From Mobula hypostoma (taxonomy: Eukaryota): a stretch of 64,000 nt of DNA. Where the stretch lies: the NCBI RefSeq assembly GCF_963921235.1, contig NC_086097.1, positions 210,802,001 through 210,866,000 of the forward strand, given 5' to 3'. Below, in pieces: positions 12,711-23,721 of this stretch. Numbering within the stretch: position 1 is the first letter of the stretch; each line of letters starts with the position of its first letter. Made by a program: the position numbers and the translations under genes. The notes below the pieces were generated by a model. It saw nothing but the letters and a program-made list of their open reading frames with translations, had not been told where the DNA came from and made no database searches.

Positions 12711-14150
12711 AGACCATAAGACCACATAAGACAATAAGATATAGGAGCAGAATTAGACCATTTGGCCCACTGAGTCTTCTCAGTCACCTAATCATGACTG
12801 ATCCAGCTTTCTTCCCAGCCCCAGTGTCCTGCCTTAGAAACTTAGAACATAGAAAACCTACAGCACAATACAGGCCCTTCGGCCCACAAAGCTAGCCCTC
12901 TGTTTTTCTAAGCTCCATGTATCCATCCAGGAGTCTCTTAAAAGACCCTATCGTTTCCGCCTCCACTATTGCCACCAGCAGCCCATTCCACACACTCACT
13001 ACTTTCTGTGTAAAAAACTTACCCCTGTCATCTCCTCTGTACCTACTTCCAAGCACCTTAAAACTATGCCCTCTCGTGCTAGCCATTTCAGCCCTGGGAA
13101 GAAGCCTCTGACTATCCGCACGATCAATGCCTCTCATTTTCTCGTACACCCCTATCAGGTTGCCTCTCATCCTCTGTCGCTCCAAGGAGAAAAGGCCGAG
13201 TTCACTCAACCTATTCTCATAAGGCCTGCTCCCCAATCCAGGCAACATCCTTGTAAATCTCCTCTGCACCCTTTCTATGGTTTCCACGTCCTTCCTGTAG
13301 TGAGGTGACCAGAATTGAGCACAGTACTCCAAGTGGGATCTGACTAGGGTCCTATATAGCTGCAACATTACCTCTCGGCTTCTAAACTCAATCCCATGAT
13401 TGATGAAGGCCAATGCACCGTATGCCTTCTTAACCATTAAGTCAACCTGCGTAGCAGCTTTGAGTGTCCTATGGACTTGGACCCCAAGATCCCCCTGAAC
13501 CTCCAAGTATCCTTCTCCACGTACCCCTTCATGACCTGACTATTCAAGAGTCTATCAACTTCTGTCTTAAATATACACAATGATTTGGCTGCCACAGCCA
13601 CCTCTGGCAATGAATTCCACAGATTCACCACCCTCTGGCTGTGCCCTTTGGTCCTAGACTCCCTCCCTATAGGAAACATCTTCTCCACATCCACTCTGTC
13701 GAGGCCTTTCAACATTCGATCAGTTTCAATGTGATCCCCTGTTCTTCTGAATTCCACTGAGTACAATCCCAGAGACATCATTCGGTCCTCATATGGTGAT
13801 CCTTTCATTCCCGGAATCGTTCTTGTGAAACTCCTTTGAACTGTCTCCAATGTCAGCACATCACTTCTTAGACAAGGGGCCCAAAGTTGCTTACAATAAT
13901 CCTAGTGAGGCCTTACTAGTGCCTTATAAAGCCTCACCATTACATCCTTGCTTTCATATTCTAGTCGTCTTGAAATGAATTTCCCTTTGCATTTGCCTTC
14001 CTCACCACTGATTCAACCTGCAAGCTAACCTTTAGGGAATTCTACATGAGGGTTCTTAAGTCCCTTTGCACCTCGGATTTCTGAATTTTTCTCTCCATTT
14101 GCAAAAATAGTTCACACTTTTATTTCTTCAACCAAAGTACCTGATCAAAT
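12711..14150 (-). mobile_element. CR1 3' fragment interrupted by a CR1 of another subfamily (12836-13505, also minus)
   Basis: Two CR1 tails ((CCATAAGA)n at 12711, TAGAACATAGAA at 12843); ORFs 13437-13859 and 12892-13506 both encode CR1 ORF2 C-termini; host sequence cctgcctt|ctcc resumes at ~13511. Confidence 0.88.
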
Positions 14151-14344
14151 ATGTACATTACTTGTAATAACACTCAGGGGTATGCAACCTTGTCTTCATA
14201 GCTCACATTATGCATTGCTAAAGTAATTGAGGCACATCAGTTCTTCACAGTGAAAGTAACTGATTTCCTGATCTGCTCATGTAACTATAGTGAAGCAAAT
14301 AGCAGTGGCCTTGATTCTTCACTCTTCAAATTCCAATGAAGGAT

Positions 14345-14720
14345 CTATTTTGGCAAGCTCTTGTATTGATGCTTACAGATAATAATGTGCAAGATCACAA
14401 CGAGGTAGTTTGTGAGGTGAAGAGTCCATCTTGTACAAGAGGTTGACTTAGGTGCCTGATAACTGGGATAGTAGCTATCCTTGAGCCTGGTGGTTTGTCC
14501 TTTCAGGCTTTTGTATCGTGTGACCAATGGGAGAGGGGAGAAAGAGAATGTCTGGGCTGGGTGGAGTTGTAGGTTATACTGGCTGCTTTACTGAGGCATT
14601 GAGAATTATAAACTGAATCCGTAAAGGGGAGGCTGGTTATACTTGTCACTGCATCATTAAAGCAGCCAGCATGATCAAAGACCCCACCCACCCTGGATGT
14701 GCCCTCTTCTCTGCTCTCCC
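14345..14720 (-). mobile_element. Rex1/Babar 3' fragment with a short inverted piece (14650-14720)
   Basis: CLSKAASI...RYKSLK..TTRLKDSYYP motifs; 14660-14720 is the reverse-orientation homolog of 14530-14590. Confidence 0.6.
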
Positions 14721-14831
14721 GACGAAGGACTCCTGACGAAGGGTCTCGGCCTGAAATGTCGACTGTACCTCTTCCTAGAGATGCTGCCTGGCCTGCTGCG
14801 TTCACCAGCAACTTTGATGTGTGTTGCCTGA
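14721..14831 (+). mobile_element. Penelope pseudo-LTR-derived short element
   Basis: Homologous to the termini of the GIY-YIG-bearing Penelope fragments at 40254-40979 and 54632-55161. Confidence 0.8.
14731..14765 (+). ncRNA. Minimal type I hammerhead ribozyme motif, core nucleotides intact
   Basis: CTGACGA-A-GGGT(CTCG)GCCT-GAAA-TG-TC^GACTG; helix I 5' strand damaged or truncated in this copy. Confidence 0.7.
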
Positions 14832-15249
14832 GCATTCCCATAGGCTGGGATATATTTCCCACCATCTGCAGCCTGCACATGGACATGACCTCTCATGAGA
14901 AAGTGTCTGCAGTGTTGCTGGCAGTGTCAAGGGAGACAGTTATTTGCAATAATTTCTTTCTTCTTAAATTTATACTCAGACTCTGTAACACTATCATATC
15001 ACATCTGTAACGTTATCATATCAAGTTGATAAATAACATCATTAACTTATTGCAATGGTTGAAGAAAAAGCTACTTCTCTCTGAATGCACTTGGAAACCA
15101 CATCCAACATTCATAATATAACACATTCAATGATTTTAATTATCTTTATTTATGGAATAGATAAAGATACATTTTAAAACCACTGTGGTCTCTATTGCCA
15201 TTTCACAATAAATAATCTCATACTGTTTCTGATCTACAAAATATATCCT

Positions 15250-15660
15250 TACACCCTCCCATCATTTTAGATTTCTAGCTTCATGGTTCCAACCATCTAA
15301 TTTTCACCATTCATGTCCTTACCCCCTAAACTTCCATCTTCATTGAGGAACACCATTTATCACCCTTCTCTGTCTGACTAAAGTGTGCCTCACATTATGA
15401 TATTAGTATAGCAGTTTGAGCCACTTTAGACCCAGCTATACAAACATTCTCATGGAAAATGGGCAAATGCTTTGTTTCACTCCTACTCAGGTCCTCAACT
15501 TTGCCTCTACTTCCTGAATTAAAATTTATTTATTTTGACTATTTGAGATCTCAGCTTCAAATGGAAAATGTCCTCAGCTTTATTGCCAATTTCCAGTCTT
15601 CTCCTATTCTCATATGATAAATTTGTGACTCTTCCTACCTCCATGACATCTCTCTCTCCA
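15250..15660 (+). mobile_element. Ancient Penelope RT remnant; appears to continue at ~20062-20320 after the CR1 and Rex1 insertions
   Basis: PSYTNILME and ENVLSFIANFQ....ICDSSYLHDISLS resemble PLE RT motifs (GPSYAxLFMG; FIxFASNFHP..SISDxSLPFLDISV). Confidence 0.5.
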
Positions 15661-15748
15661 TAACTTCGGCTCAACGGGCAGGCGGAAATGGGCGAGGCGA
15701 GAAAGGTTTGGTATTCATTTTCTGTTGTTATTTGAGGAGAGGGGCAGT

Positions 15749-16684
15749 ATGAGTGTGAGGGCAGTTTGTTGTTCTCGGTGTCGGATGTGGGAGGCCCTGG
15801 AGTCTCCAAGCCTCCCGGACGTCCACATCTGCACCAAGTGCATTGAGATGCAGCTCCTAAGGGACTGTGTTACGGAACTGGAGCTGCAGCTCGATGACCT
15901 TCGTCTGGTCAGGGAGAGTGAGGAGTTGATAGAGAGGAGTTACAGGCAGGTGGTCACACCGGGGCCACGGGAGGCAGACAAGTGGGTCACGGTTAGGAGG
16001 GGGAAGGGGAAGAGTCAGGTAATAGAGAGTACCCCGGTGGCTGTGCCCCTTAACAATAGGTACTCCTGTTTGAGTACTGTTAGGGGGGACAGCTTACCCG
16101 GGGGAAGCAACAGTGGCCGTGCCTCCGGCACAGAGTCCGGCCCTGTAGCTCAGAAGGGTAGGGAAAGGAAGAGGAGGGCAGTTGTGATAGGGGACTCGAT
16201 AGTAAGTGGGTCAGATAGGCGATTCTGTGGACGCAGTCCAGAGACCCGGATGGTAGTTTTCCTCCCTGGTGCCAGGGTCTGGGATATTTCTGATCGTGTC
16301 CAAGATATCCTGAAGTGGGAGGGTGAGGAGCCAGAGGTCGTGGTACATATAGGTAACAATGACATAGGTAGGAAAAGGGAACAGGTCCTGAAAGGAAAAT
16401 ATAGGGAGCTAGGAAGGGAGTTGAGAAAAAGGACCGCAAAGGTAGCAATCTCGGGATTACTGCCTGTGCCACGCGACAGTGAGAGTAGGAATGCGATGAG
16501 GTGGAGGATAAATGCGTGGCTGAGGGATTGGAGCAGGAGGCAGGGATTCAAGTTTTTGGATCATTGGGACCTCTTTTGGCGCAGGCGTGACCTGTACAAA
16601 AAGGACGGGTTACACTTGAATCCTAGGGGGACCAATATCCTGGCAGGGAGATTAGCGAGGGCTACTGAGGTGACTTTAAACTAG
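15749..16684 (+). CDS. CR1 ORF1p: CxxC-CxxC zinc finger, coiled coil, SGNH/GDSL esterase domain (311 aa, open)
   Basis: CSRC..CTKC, ELELQLDDL, VIGDSIV, LPGARV, HIGNND, DGLHLN; first ATG at 15749. Confidence 0.9.
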   Translation: MSVRAVCCSRCRMWEALESPSLPDVHICTKCIEMQLLRDCVTELELQLDDLRLVRESEELIERSYRQVVTPGPREADKWVTVRRGKGKSQVIESTPVAVPLNNRYSCLSTVRGDSLPGGSNSGRASGTESGPVAQKGRERKRRAVVIGDSIVSGSDRRFCGRSPETRMVVFLPGARVWDISDRVQDILKWEGEEPEVVVHIGNNDIGRKREQVLKGKYRELGRELRKRTAKVAISGLLPVPRDSESRNAMRWRINAWLRDWSRRQGFKFLDHWDLFWRRRDLYKKDGLHLNPRGTNILAGRLARATEVTLN

Positions 16685-16784
16685 AATGGTTGCGGGGTGG
16701 GAATCAAATTAAAGAGGCAGGCGAGAGGAGGTTAGTTCACAACAGGGGGATGAGAACCAGTGCAGAGAGACAGAGGGGTGTAAA

Positions 16785-19724
16785 GTGAGGGTAGAAACAA
16801 AAAGTAGTAAGGAGAAAAGTAAAAGTGGCAGGCTGACAAATCCAGGGCAAGCATCAAAAAGGGCCACTTTTCAACATAATTGTATAAGGGCTAAGAGAGT
16901 TGTAAAAGAGTGCCTGAAGGCTTTGTGTGTCAATGCAAGGAGCATTCGTAACAAGGTGGATGAATTGAAAGTGCAGATTGTTATTAACGATTATGATATA
17001 GTTGGGATCACAGAAACATGGCTCCAGGGTGACCAAGGATGGGAGCTCAACATTCAGAGATATTCAATATTCAGGAGGGATAGACATTAAAGAAAAGGAG
17101 GTGGGGTGGCGTTGCTGGTTATAGATGAGATTAGCGCAATAGAAAGGAAGGACATAAGCCGGGAAGATGTGGAATCGATATGGGTAGAGCTGCATAACAC
17201 TAACGAGCAGAAAACGCTGGTGGGAGTTGTGTACAGGCCACCTAACAGTAGTAGTGAGGTCGGGGATGGTATTAAACAGGAAATTAGAAATGTGTGCAAT
17301 AAAGGAACAGCAGTTATAATGGGTGACTTCAATCCACATGTAGATTGGGTGAACCAAATTGGTAAAGGTGCTGAGGAAGAGGATTTCTTGGAATTTATGC
17401 GAGATGGTTTTTTGAACCAACATGTCGAGGAACCAACTAGAGAGCAGGATATTCTAGATTGGGTTTAGAGCAATGAGGAAGGGTTAATTTGCAATCTTGT
17501 CGTGAGAGGCCCCTTGGGTAAGAGTGACCATAATATGGTGGAATTCTTCATTAAGATGGAGAGTGACATAGTTAATTCAGAAACAAAGGTTCTGAACTTA
17601 AAGAAGGGTAACTTTGAAGATATGAGACGTGAAATAGCTAAGATAGACTGGCAAATAACACTTAAAGGATTGACGGTGGATATGCAATGGCAAGCATTTA
17701 AAGATTGCATGGATGAACTACAACAATTGTTCATCCCAGTTTAGCAAAAGAATAAACCAGGGAAGGTAGTGCTCCCGTGGCTGACAAGCGAAATTAGGGA
17801 TAGTATCAATTCCAAAGAAGAAGCATACAAATTAGCCAGAAAAAGTGGCTCACCTGAGGACTGGGAGAAATTCAGAGTTCAGCAGAGGAGGACAAAGGGC
17901 TTAATTAGGAAGGGGAAAAAAGATTATGAGAGAAAACTGGCAGGGAAATTAAAAACTGACTGTAAAAGCTTTTATAGATATGTAAAAAGGAAAAGACTGG
18001 TAAAGACAAATGTAGGTCCCCTACAGACAGAAACAGGTGAATTGATTATGGGGAGCAATGACATGGCAGACCAATTGAATAATTACTTTGATTCTGTCTT
18101 CACTAAGGAGGACATAAATAATCTTCCAGAAATAATAGGGGACAGAGGGTCCAGTGAGATGGAGGAACTGAGCGAAATACATGTTAGTAGGAAAGTGGTG
18201 TTAGGTAAATTGAAGGGATTAACGGCAGATAAATCCCCAGGGCCAGATGGTCTGCATCCCAGAGTGCTTAAGGAAGTAGCCCAAGAAATAGTGGATGCAT
18301 TAGTGATAATTTTTCAAAACTCGTTAGATTCTGGACTAGTTCCTGAGGATTGAAGGGTGGCTAATGTAACCCCACTTTTTAAAAAAGGAGGGAGAGAGAA
18401 ACCGAGGAATTATAGACCGGTTAGCCTAACATCGGTGGTGGGGAAACTGCTGGAGTCAGTTATCAAAGATGTGATAACAGCACATTTGGAAAGCGGTGAA
18501 ATGATCGGACAAAGTCAGCATGGATTTGTGAAAGGAAAATCATGTCTGACGAATCTCATAGAATTTTTTGAGGATGTAACTAGTAGAGTGGATAGGGGAG
18601 AACCAGTGGATGTGGTATATCTGGATTTTCAAAAGGCTTTTGACAAGGTCCCACACAGGAGATTAGTGTGCAAACTTAAAGCACATGGTATTGGGGGTAA
18701 GGTATTGATGTGGATAGAGAATTGATTAGCAGACAGGAAGCAAAGAGTGGGAATAAACGGGACCTTTAAAGAATAGCAGGCAGTGACTAGTGGGGTACCG
18801 CCAGGCTCAGTGCTGGGACCCCAGTTGTTTACAATATATATTAATGACTTGGATGAGGGAATTAAATGCAGCATCTCCAAGTTTGCGGATGACACGAAGC
18901 TGGGTGGCAGTGTTAGCTGTGAGGAGGATGCTAAGAGAATGCAGGGTGACTTGGATAGGTTGGGTGAGTGGGCAAATTCATGGCAGATGCAATTTAATAT
19001 GGATAAATGTGAAGTTATCCACTTTGGTGGCAAAAATAGGAAAACAGATTATTATCTGAATGGTGGCCGATTAGGAAAAGGGGAGGTGCAACGAGACCTG
19101 GGTGTCATTATACACCAGTCATTGAAAGTGGGCATGCAGGTACGGCAGGCGGTGAAAAAGACGAATGGTATGCTGGCATTTATAGCAAGAGGATTCGAGT
19201 ACAGGAACAGGGAGGTACTACTGCAGTTGTACAGGGCCTTGGTGAGACCACACCTGGAGTATTGTGTGCAGTGTTGGTCCCCTAATCTGAGGAAAGACAT
19301 CCTTACCATAGAGGGAGTACAAAGAAGGTTCACCAGATTGATTCCTGGGATGGCAGGACTTTCATATGAAGAAAGATTGGATGAACTAGGCTTGTACTCG
19401 TTGGAATTTAGAAGATTGAGGGGGGATCTGATTGAAACGTATAAAATCCTAAAGGGATTGGACAGGCTAGATGCAGGAAGATTGTTCCGGATGTTGGGGA
19501 AGTCCAGAACGAGGGGTCACAGTTTGAGGATAAAGGGGAAGCCTTTTAGGGCTGAGATTAGGAAAAACTTCTTCACACAGAGAGTGGTGAATCTGTGGAA
19601 TTCTCTATGCCACAAGGAAACAGTTGAGGCCAGTTCATTGGCTATATTTAAGAGGGAGTTAGATATGGCCCTTGTGGCTAGGGGGATCAGGGGGTATGGA
19701 GGGAAGGCTGGTGCAGGGTTCTGA
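16785..19724 (+). pseudogene. CR1 ORF2 (APE endonuclease + RT), single frame with six in-frame stops
   Basis: NARSI, ITETW, YRPP, GDFN, SDHN, DFQKAFD, FADDTK; stops at 17088, 17466, 17742, 18351, 18723, 18774. Confidence 0.93.
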
Positions 19725-19821
19725 GTTGGATGATCAGCCATGATCATAATAAATGGCGGTGCAGGCTCGAAGGGCCGAATGGCCTACTCCTGCACCTATT
19801 TTCTATGTTTCTATGTTTCTA

Positions 19822-20062
19822 ACCAATCTGCGCTGCTCCGAAGAACACTATATGAGGTCACTCTTACCCTCAGCCATTAGGCTGTATAACGAGTCAACCT
19901 AAAGCTGGAGAAGTGATGACCCCCTCCTGTTAGCCTGTTGGTGGTAACTTTTTTTTATTCTTTCTACTTCTCTTCTAATATTTACAGTAGATCTGTGCAC
20001 TTGTATTGCTACTGTGATGCTGTAATTTCCTTTGGGATCAATAAAGTATCTATCTATCTATC
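19822..20062 (+). mobile_element. Rex1/Babar-like 3' end
   Basis: LRC..EHYMRSLLPSAIRLYN C-terminus; AATAAA then (TATC)n tail. Confidence 0.7.
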
Positions 20063-20324
20063 ACTCCCTATAACCTAGAGCTTCTTTACCTCCATTCACT
20101 TCTGATAAGAATTATTTTCCATTATCTGAATTCTGACAATGCTTTTTGCATGACGAATACTGGTTATGTTTTTCTTTCCCCTTATTGGAGGATTATTAAT
20201 CATGCTTGCCATCCCCCCCCCCTCCATTTTCCTTCCTTTCCCTCAGCTCTTCAAGTGCTTGAATCACATTATCATTCTCTTGTAATTACCTCCTGTCTCA
20301 ATCCTCCATACTTAACAAATTATC

Positions 20325-20930
20325 AGAATCAGAATCACTGGCATGTGACATGAAATTTGTTAACTTAGCAGTAGCAGTTCAGTGAAATACATAATATAGA
20401 AGAAAAAAATAAAAAATAAATAAGTAAATCAATTACAGTATATGTATATTGAATAGATTAAAAATCATGCAAAAACAGAAATAATACATATTAAAAAAGT
20501 GAGGTGGTCTTCATGAGTTCAATGTCCATTTAGGAATTGGATAGCAGAGGGGAAGAAGCTGTTCCTGAATCGCTGAGTGTGTGCCTTCAGGCTTCTGTAC
20601 CTCCTACCTAATGGTAACAGTGAGAAAAGGGCATGCCCTGGGTGATGGGGGTCCTTAATAATGGACGCTGCCTTTCTGAGTCACCGCTCCTTGAAGATGT
20701 CCTGGGTACTTAAGCGAGTACCCAAGATGGAGCCGACTAAATTTACAACCCTCTACAGCTTCTTTTGGATCTATGCAGTAGCTCCCTGCAAACCAGACAG
20801 TGATGCAGCCTATCAGAATGCTGTCCATGGTACATCTATAGAAGTTTTTGAATGTTTTGGTTGGCATACCAAATCTCTTCAAATTTCTAATGAAGTACAG
20901 TCACTGTCTTGCCTTCTTTATAACTGCATA
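20325..20930 (-). mobile_element. Rex1/Babar 3' fragment
   Basis: KRFGM...NFYRCT.DSIL.GCITVW; (TTCTGA)n tail; same subfamily as 39030-39800 and 53267-53853. Confidence 0.85.
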
Positions 20931-21960
20931 ATTATTCGTCATACTTTTCCCACTGTTTTCAGAATTTCCAAGTGATCGGTCACTATACTGTACATTGTTT
21001 TGGTCTCATCTCCTCATACGGGAACAAGTCATGCTACGCCTTCTATTTTTGCTTCCTCTCCAGCCCAACATCCAGTTGCTATACATCCGTATTTCTTGCA
21101 ACTTCATCAAATGGATTTATTGCTTTTGACCAGTGCATTGGAGAGGCATTGGGAGACAGCTTCATGGAACTCCATGGCTCAGTCCATAAGTACAAAGTAC
21201 ATTTATTATCGAAGTATGTATACTATATATAATCTTGAGATTAATCTCCTTACAGCCAGCCACAAAACAAAGAAACCCAATAGAACCCATTAAAAAAACA
21301 CCATCAGACACCCAATGCCCAGAAAAAGAAAATCAAATTGTGCAAACAATAAAAATAAGCAAGTAACATTTGGAACTGAAGTTCACGAAAGTGATTTCAC
21401 AGCCACAAAGCCAGTCGTAGTCACCCACTAGTTGCAGGCCACAGACTCAGTTCAGCACAGAGAAAAGTAAAACTCACAGAACAGTGAACTGAACACAGGC
21501 CTATCCCTTACTCTGGCCCAAGCACCCTGACTTTTTCCAATCTGGCCCATCGCTTAAGTCGGCCAAACAGTGATTCATTCCTCACTCTCAGATCGGCGGC
21601 CTGCTGCTTCAATTTGCTCTTCGGCCTGGGACCTGCCACCTCAACTATGCCTCACCTCAGTTATGCCACTTTGAATTGCCTTCAAGTCCTCTCCAGCAGC
21701 CAAACATTGGCCTGTTCCACACTGTTGAGCCTGGGCCCTGCTGCCTTGATTTGGCCCATACACGTCGTGTTGCAACCATCTTGCGCCTTTGAGACTTCAG
21801 TTCACACCTCAAAAATGCCAGGTCACACAGATGGTTCAAAAGATTGACTTCAAAAGGGAAGTTACAGGCTATTCATCGCAGTGATAATTTTCAACAAAAA
21901 TGTGATTAATAAAGTAGTTGATAGTTGTTTTTGCTGCTAGCAAGTCATCACTGTGCATCA

Positions 21961-22497
21961 TCTTCTTATAGGCATCCGTTAGAAACATAGAAACATAGAA
22001 AATAGGTGCAGGAGTAGGCCATTCGGCCCTTCGAGCCTGCACCGCCATTCAGTATGATCATGGCTGATCATCCAACTCAGAACCCTGTACCTGCCTTCTC
22101 TCCATACCCCCGATCCCTTTAGCCACCAGGGCCATATCTAACTCCCTCTTAAATATAGCCAATGAACTGGCCTCAACTGTTTCCTGTGGCAGTGAATTCC
22201 ACAAACTAGTCTCATGAGACCATGGATTTGTGCCTTGGAAGGTTTCCAGGGCGCAGGGCTGGGCAAGGTTGTATGGAAGATCAGCAGTTGCCCATGCTGC
22301 AAGTCTCCCCTCTCCACGCCACCGATGTTTTCCAAGGGAAGGGCAATAGGACCCATACAGCTTGGCACCGGTGTCGCCGCAGAGCAATGTGTGGTTAAGT
22401 GCTTTGCTCAAGGACACACACGCTGCCTCAGCCAATGCTCGAACTAGCGACCTTCAGATCACTGGACAAACGCCTTAACCACTTGGCCATGCGCCAC
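21961..22497 (-). mobile_element. tRNA-derived SINE interrupted by a CR1 tail
   Basis: Minus-strand head with A box TGGCCAAGTGG and B box GTTCGAGC; TSD CTGTG(C/T)ATCA (21951-21960, 22498-22507); second copy at 52291-52582. Confidence 0.85.
21983..22206 (-). mobile_element. Short CR1 3' end inserted in the SINE
   Basis: Reverse complement of ~19595-19820; the SINE sequence ccgttag|tctcatgagacc resumes after it. Confidence 0.92.
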
Positions 22498-22959
22498 CTG
22501 TGTATCACCAGTGCCATCTTAAACTGGAACTGGTAGCAGGTCTGGTTTCTGAACAGTCTGAGCTGTCATATTCTCCTGCTGAGAGTCTCCCTTCCTCTCA
22601 AATGAGTCTTCCTGCCCAGCTTGTCCTCTGGTCCGTCTCCCAGTATGCAGCACAGCACCAGAATCAATACTAGTACTCTGGAAACAACTCGGTTGAAACA
22701 AGCTCCTTCAGCACACATCATACTAATGCTGCAGTGTAGAAAGAATCAATCAGCTATGGAATTCAAGCAAAAGCAAATGAAAACCCTCAATGAACTTGTA
22801 GGTTTAAACCGCACTTTTAAATAGTTCAAATAGAGGTAGAGAATGTAAGCATTCTCCCTGATGAAGTTGGAGTTCTGAGCTGTAAAACAATAGTGAAATA
22901 TGACTTAGTCCTATCAATTCTCATCCTCTGCTTCTGTGCAACTTTAAACTACCGTAGCT

Positions 22960-23075
22960 TATTTTCTCTCTTTCCCTGCACTGACAATGGGTTTTCAACC
23001 TGAAATGTTAACTCCATTTCTCTTTCCACAGATGCTCTCTGACCCAGTCAGTACTCTTATTGTTCCATTTTTGTA
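22960..23075 (+). mobile_element. Old Penelope pseudo-LTR remnant
   Basis: ctgacaatgggttttcaacctgaaatgttaact...cacagatgct..ctgacc, a diverged version of the hammerhead-bearing repeat. Confidence 0.55.
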
Positions 23076-23235
23076 ACATTCAACACAGCTCATCATAAAC
23101 TCACACACCTACAGGATGAGCTTTATACTGCAACTGGTTTGGCACCTGTAAAGCCCTAACTTTTGTGAATTATTCATGTTTTTCGGTGCAAAGATCTATG
23201 GATAGATTTAGAGGACTGTGTAAAAGCCTATGGGA

Positions 23236-23721
23236 CACATGCATATAGCCAGTGTGCCTAAGACTTTTGCATGGGACTCTTATTTGTCAACGTGGAGTGG
23301 AGAGCAACTTTGTAAATCTGGTGGGAATAAAGGATGTTGGGAATGGTGAGGGTGGGGTGCAGTGGGAGGGATGTTGGACAGGTGTCAAAGGTGACATGGG
23401 TGCAGACACCAGGCAAGGTCATTTGATTCCAAACAAGTGGTTTATTGATCATCACAGAATGTCTTTCTGGTGCTTCCTGCTCCCTCCCCTCTCCCTTCCC
23501 CTTTTCCCAACCAAGTCTCCCTGTCCCTTTCCACTCTCAGTCCACAAAGAGATCCATATCAGAATCAGGTTTAACATCACTCACATATGTCATGAACATG
23601 TTTTTGTTTTGTGGCAGCAGTACAGTGCAGTCCATAACATTACCACAGTACTGCACAAAAGTCTTAGGCACCCTAGCTATGCTATATATATATATATGCC
23701 AAAGACTTTTGCTCAGTACTG
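23236..23721. mobile_element. Tc1/mariner-type MITE composite (76-bp MITE at 23646-23721; partial inverted copy at ~23236-23270)
   Basis: TIRs CAGTACTGCACAAAAGTCTTAGGCA / TGCCAAAGACTTTTGCTCAGTACTG (22/25 match), followed by TA. Confidence 0.7.

Larger units (their letters stand above)
15665..19820 (+). mobile_element. Near full-length CR1 LINE (5'UTR part, ORF1, ORF2, 3'UTR, tail)
   Basis: ORF1 and EN-RT ORF2 in order; (TTTCTATG)n tail; possible short TSD TAAC (15661-15664 / 19820-19823). Confidence 0.96.
21190..22530 (-). mobile_element. Non-coding LINE-derived element (Rex1-type 3' end, AAGATGGC 5' end) hosting a SINE
   Basis: 3' end homologous to 29900-30060; minus-strand start ttccagtttAAGATGGC at ~22520. 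Confidence 0.55.

Noticed and set aside
18629..19747. Recurrent antisense ORFs (also 7714-7941, 61952-62455, 63527-63931)
   Set aside because: Shadows of CR1 ORF2; they recur only because the repeat recurs.
22430..22497. tRNA gene (also ~52515-52580)
   Set aside because: It is the head of a SINE flanked by TSDs; no complete cloverleaf.
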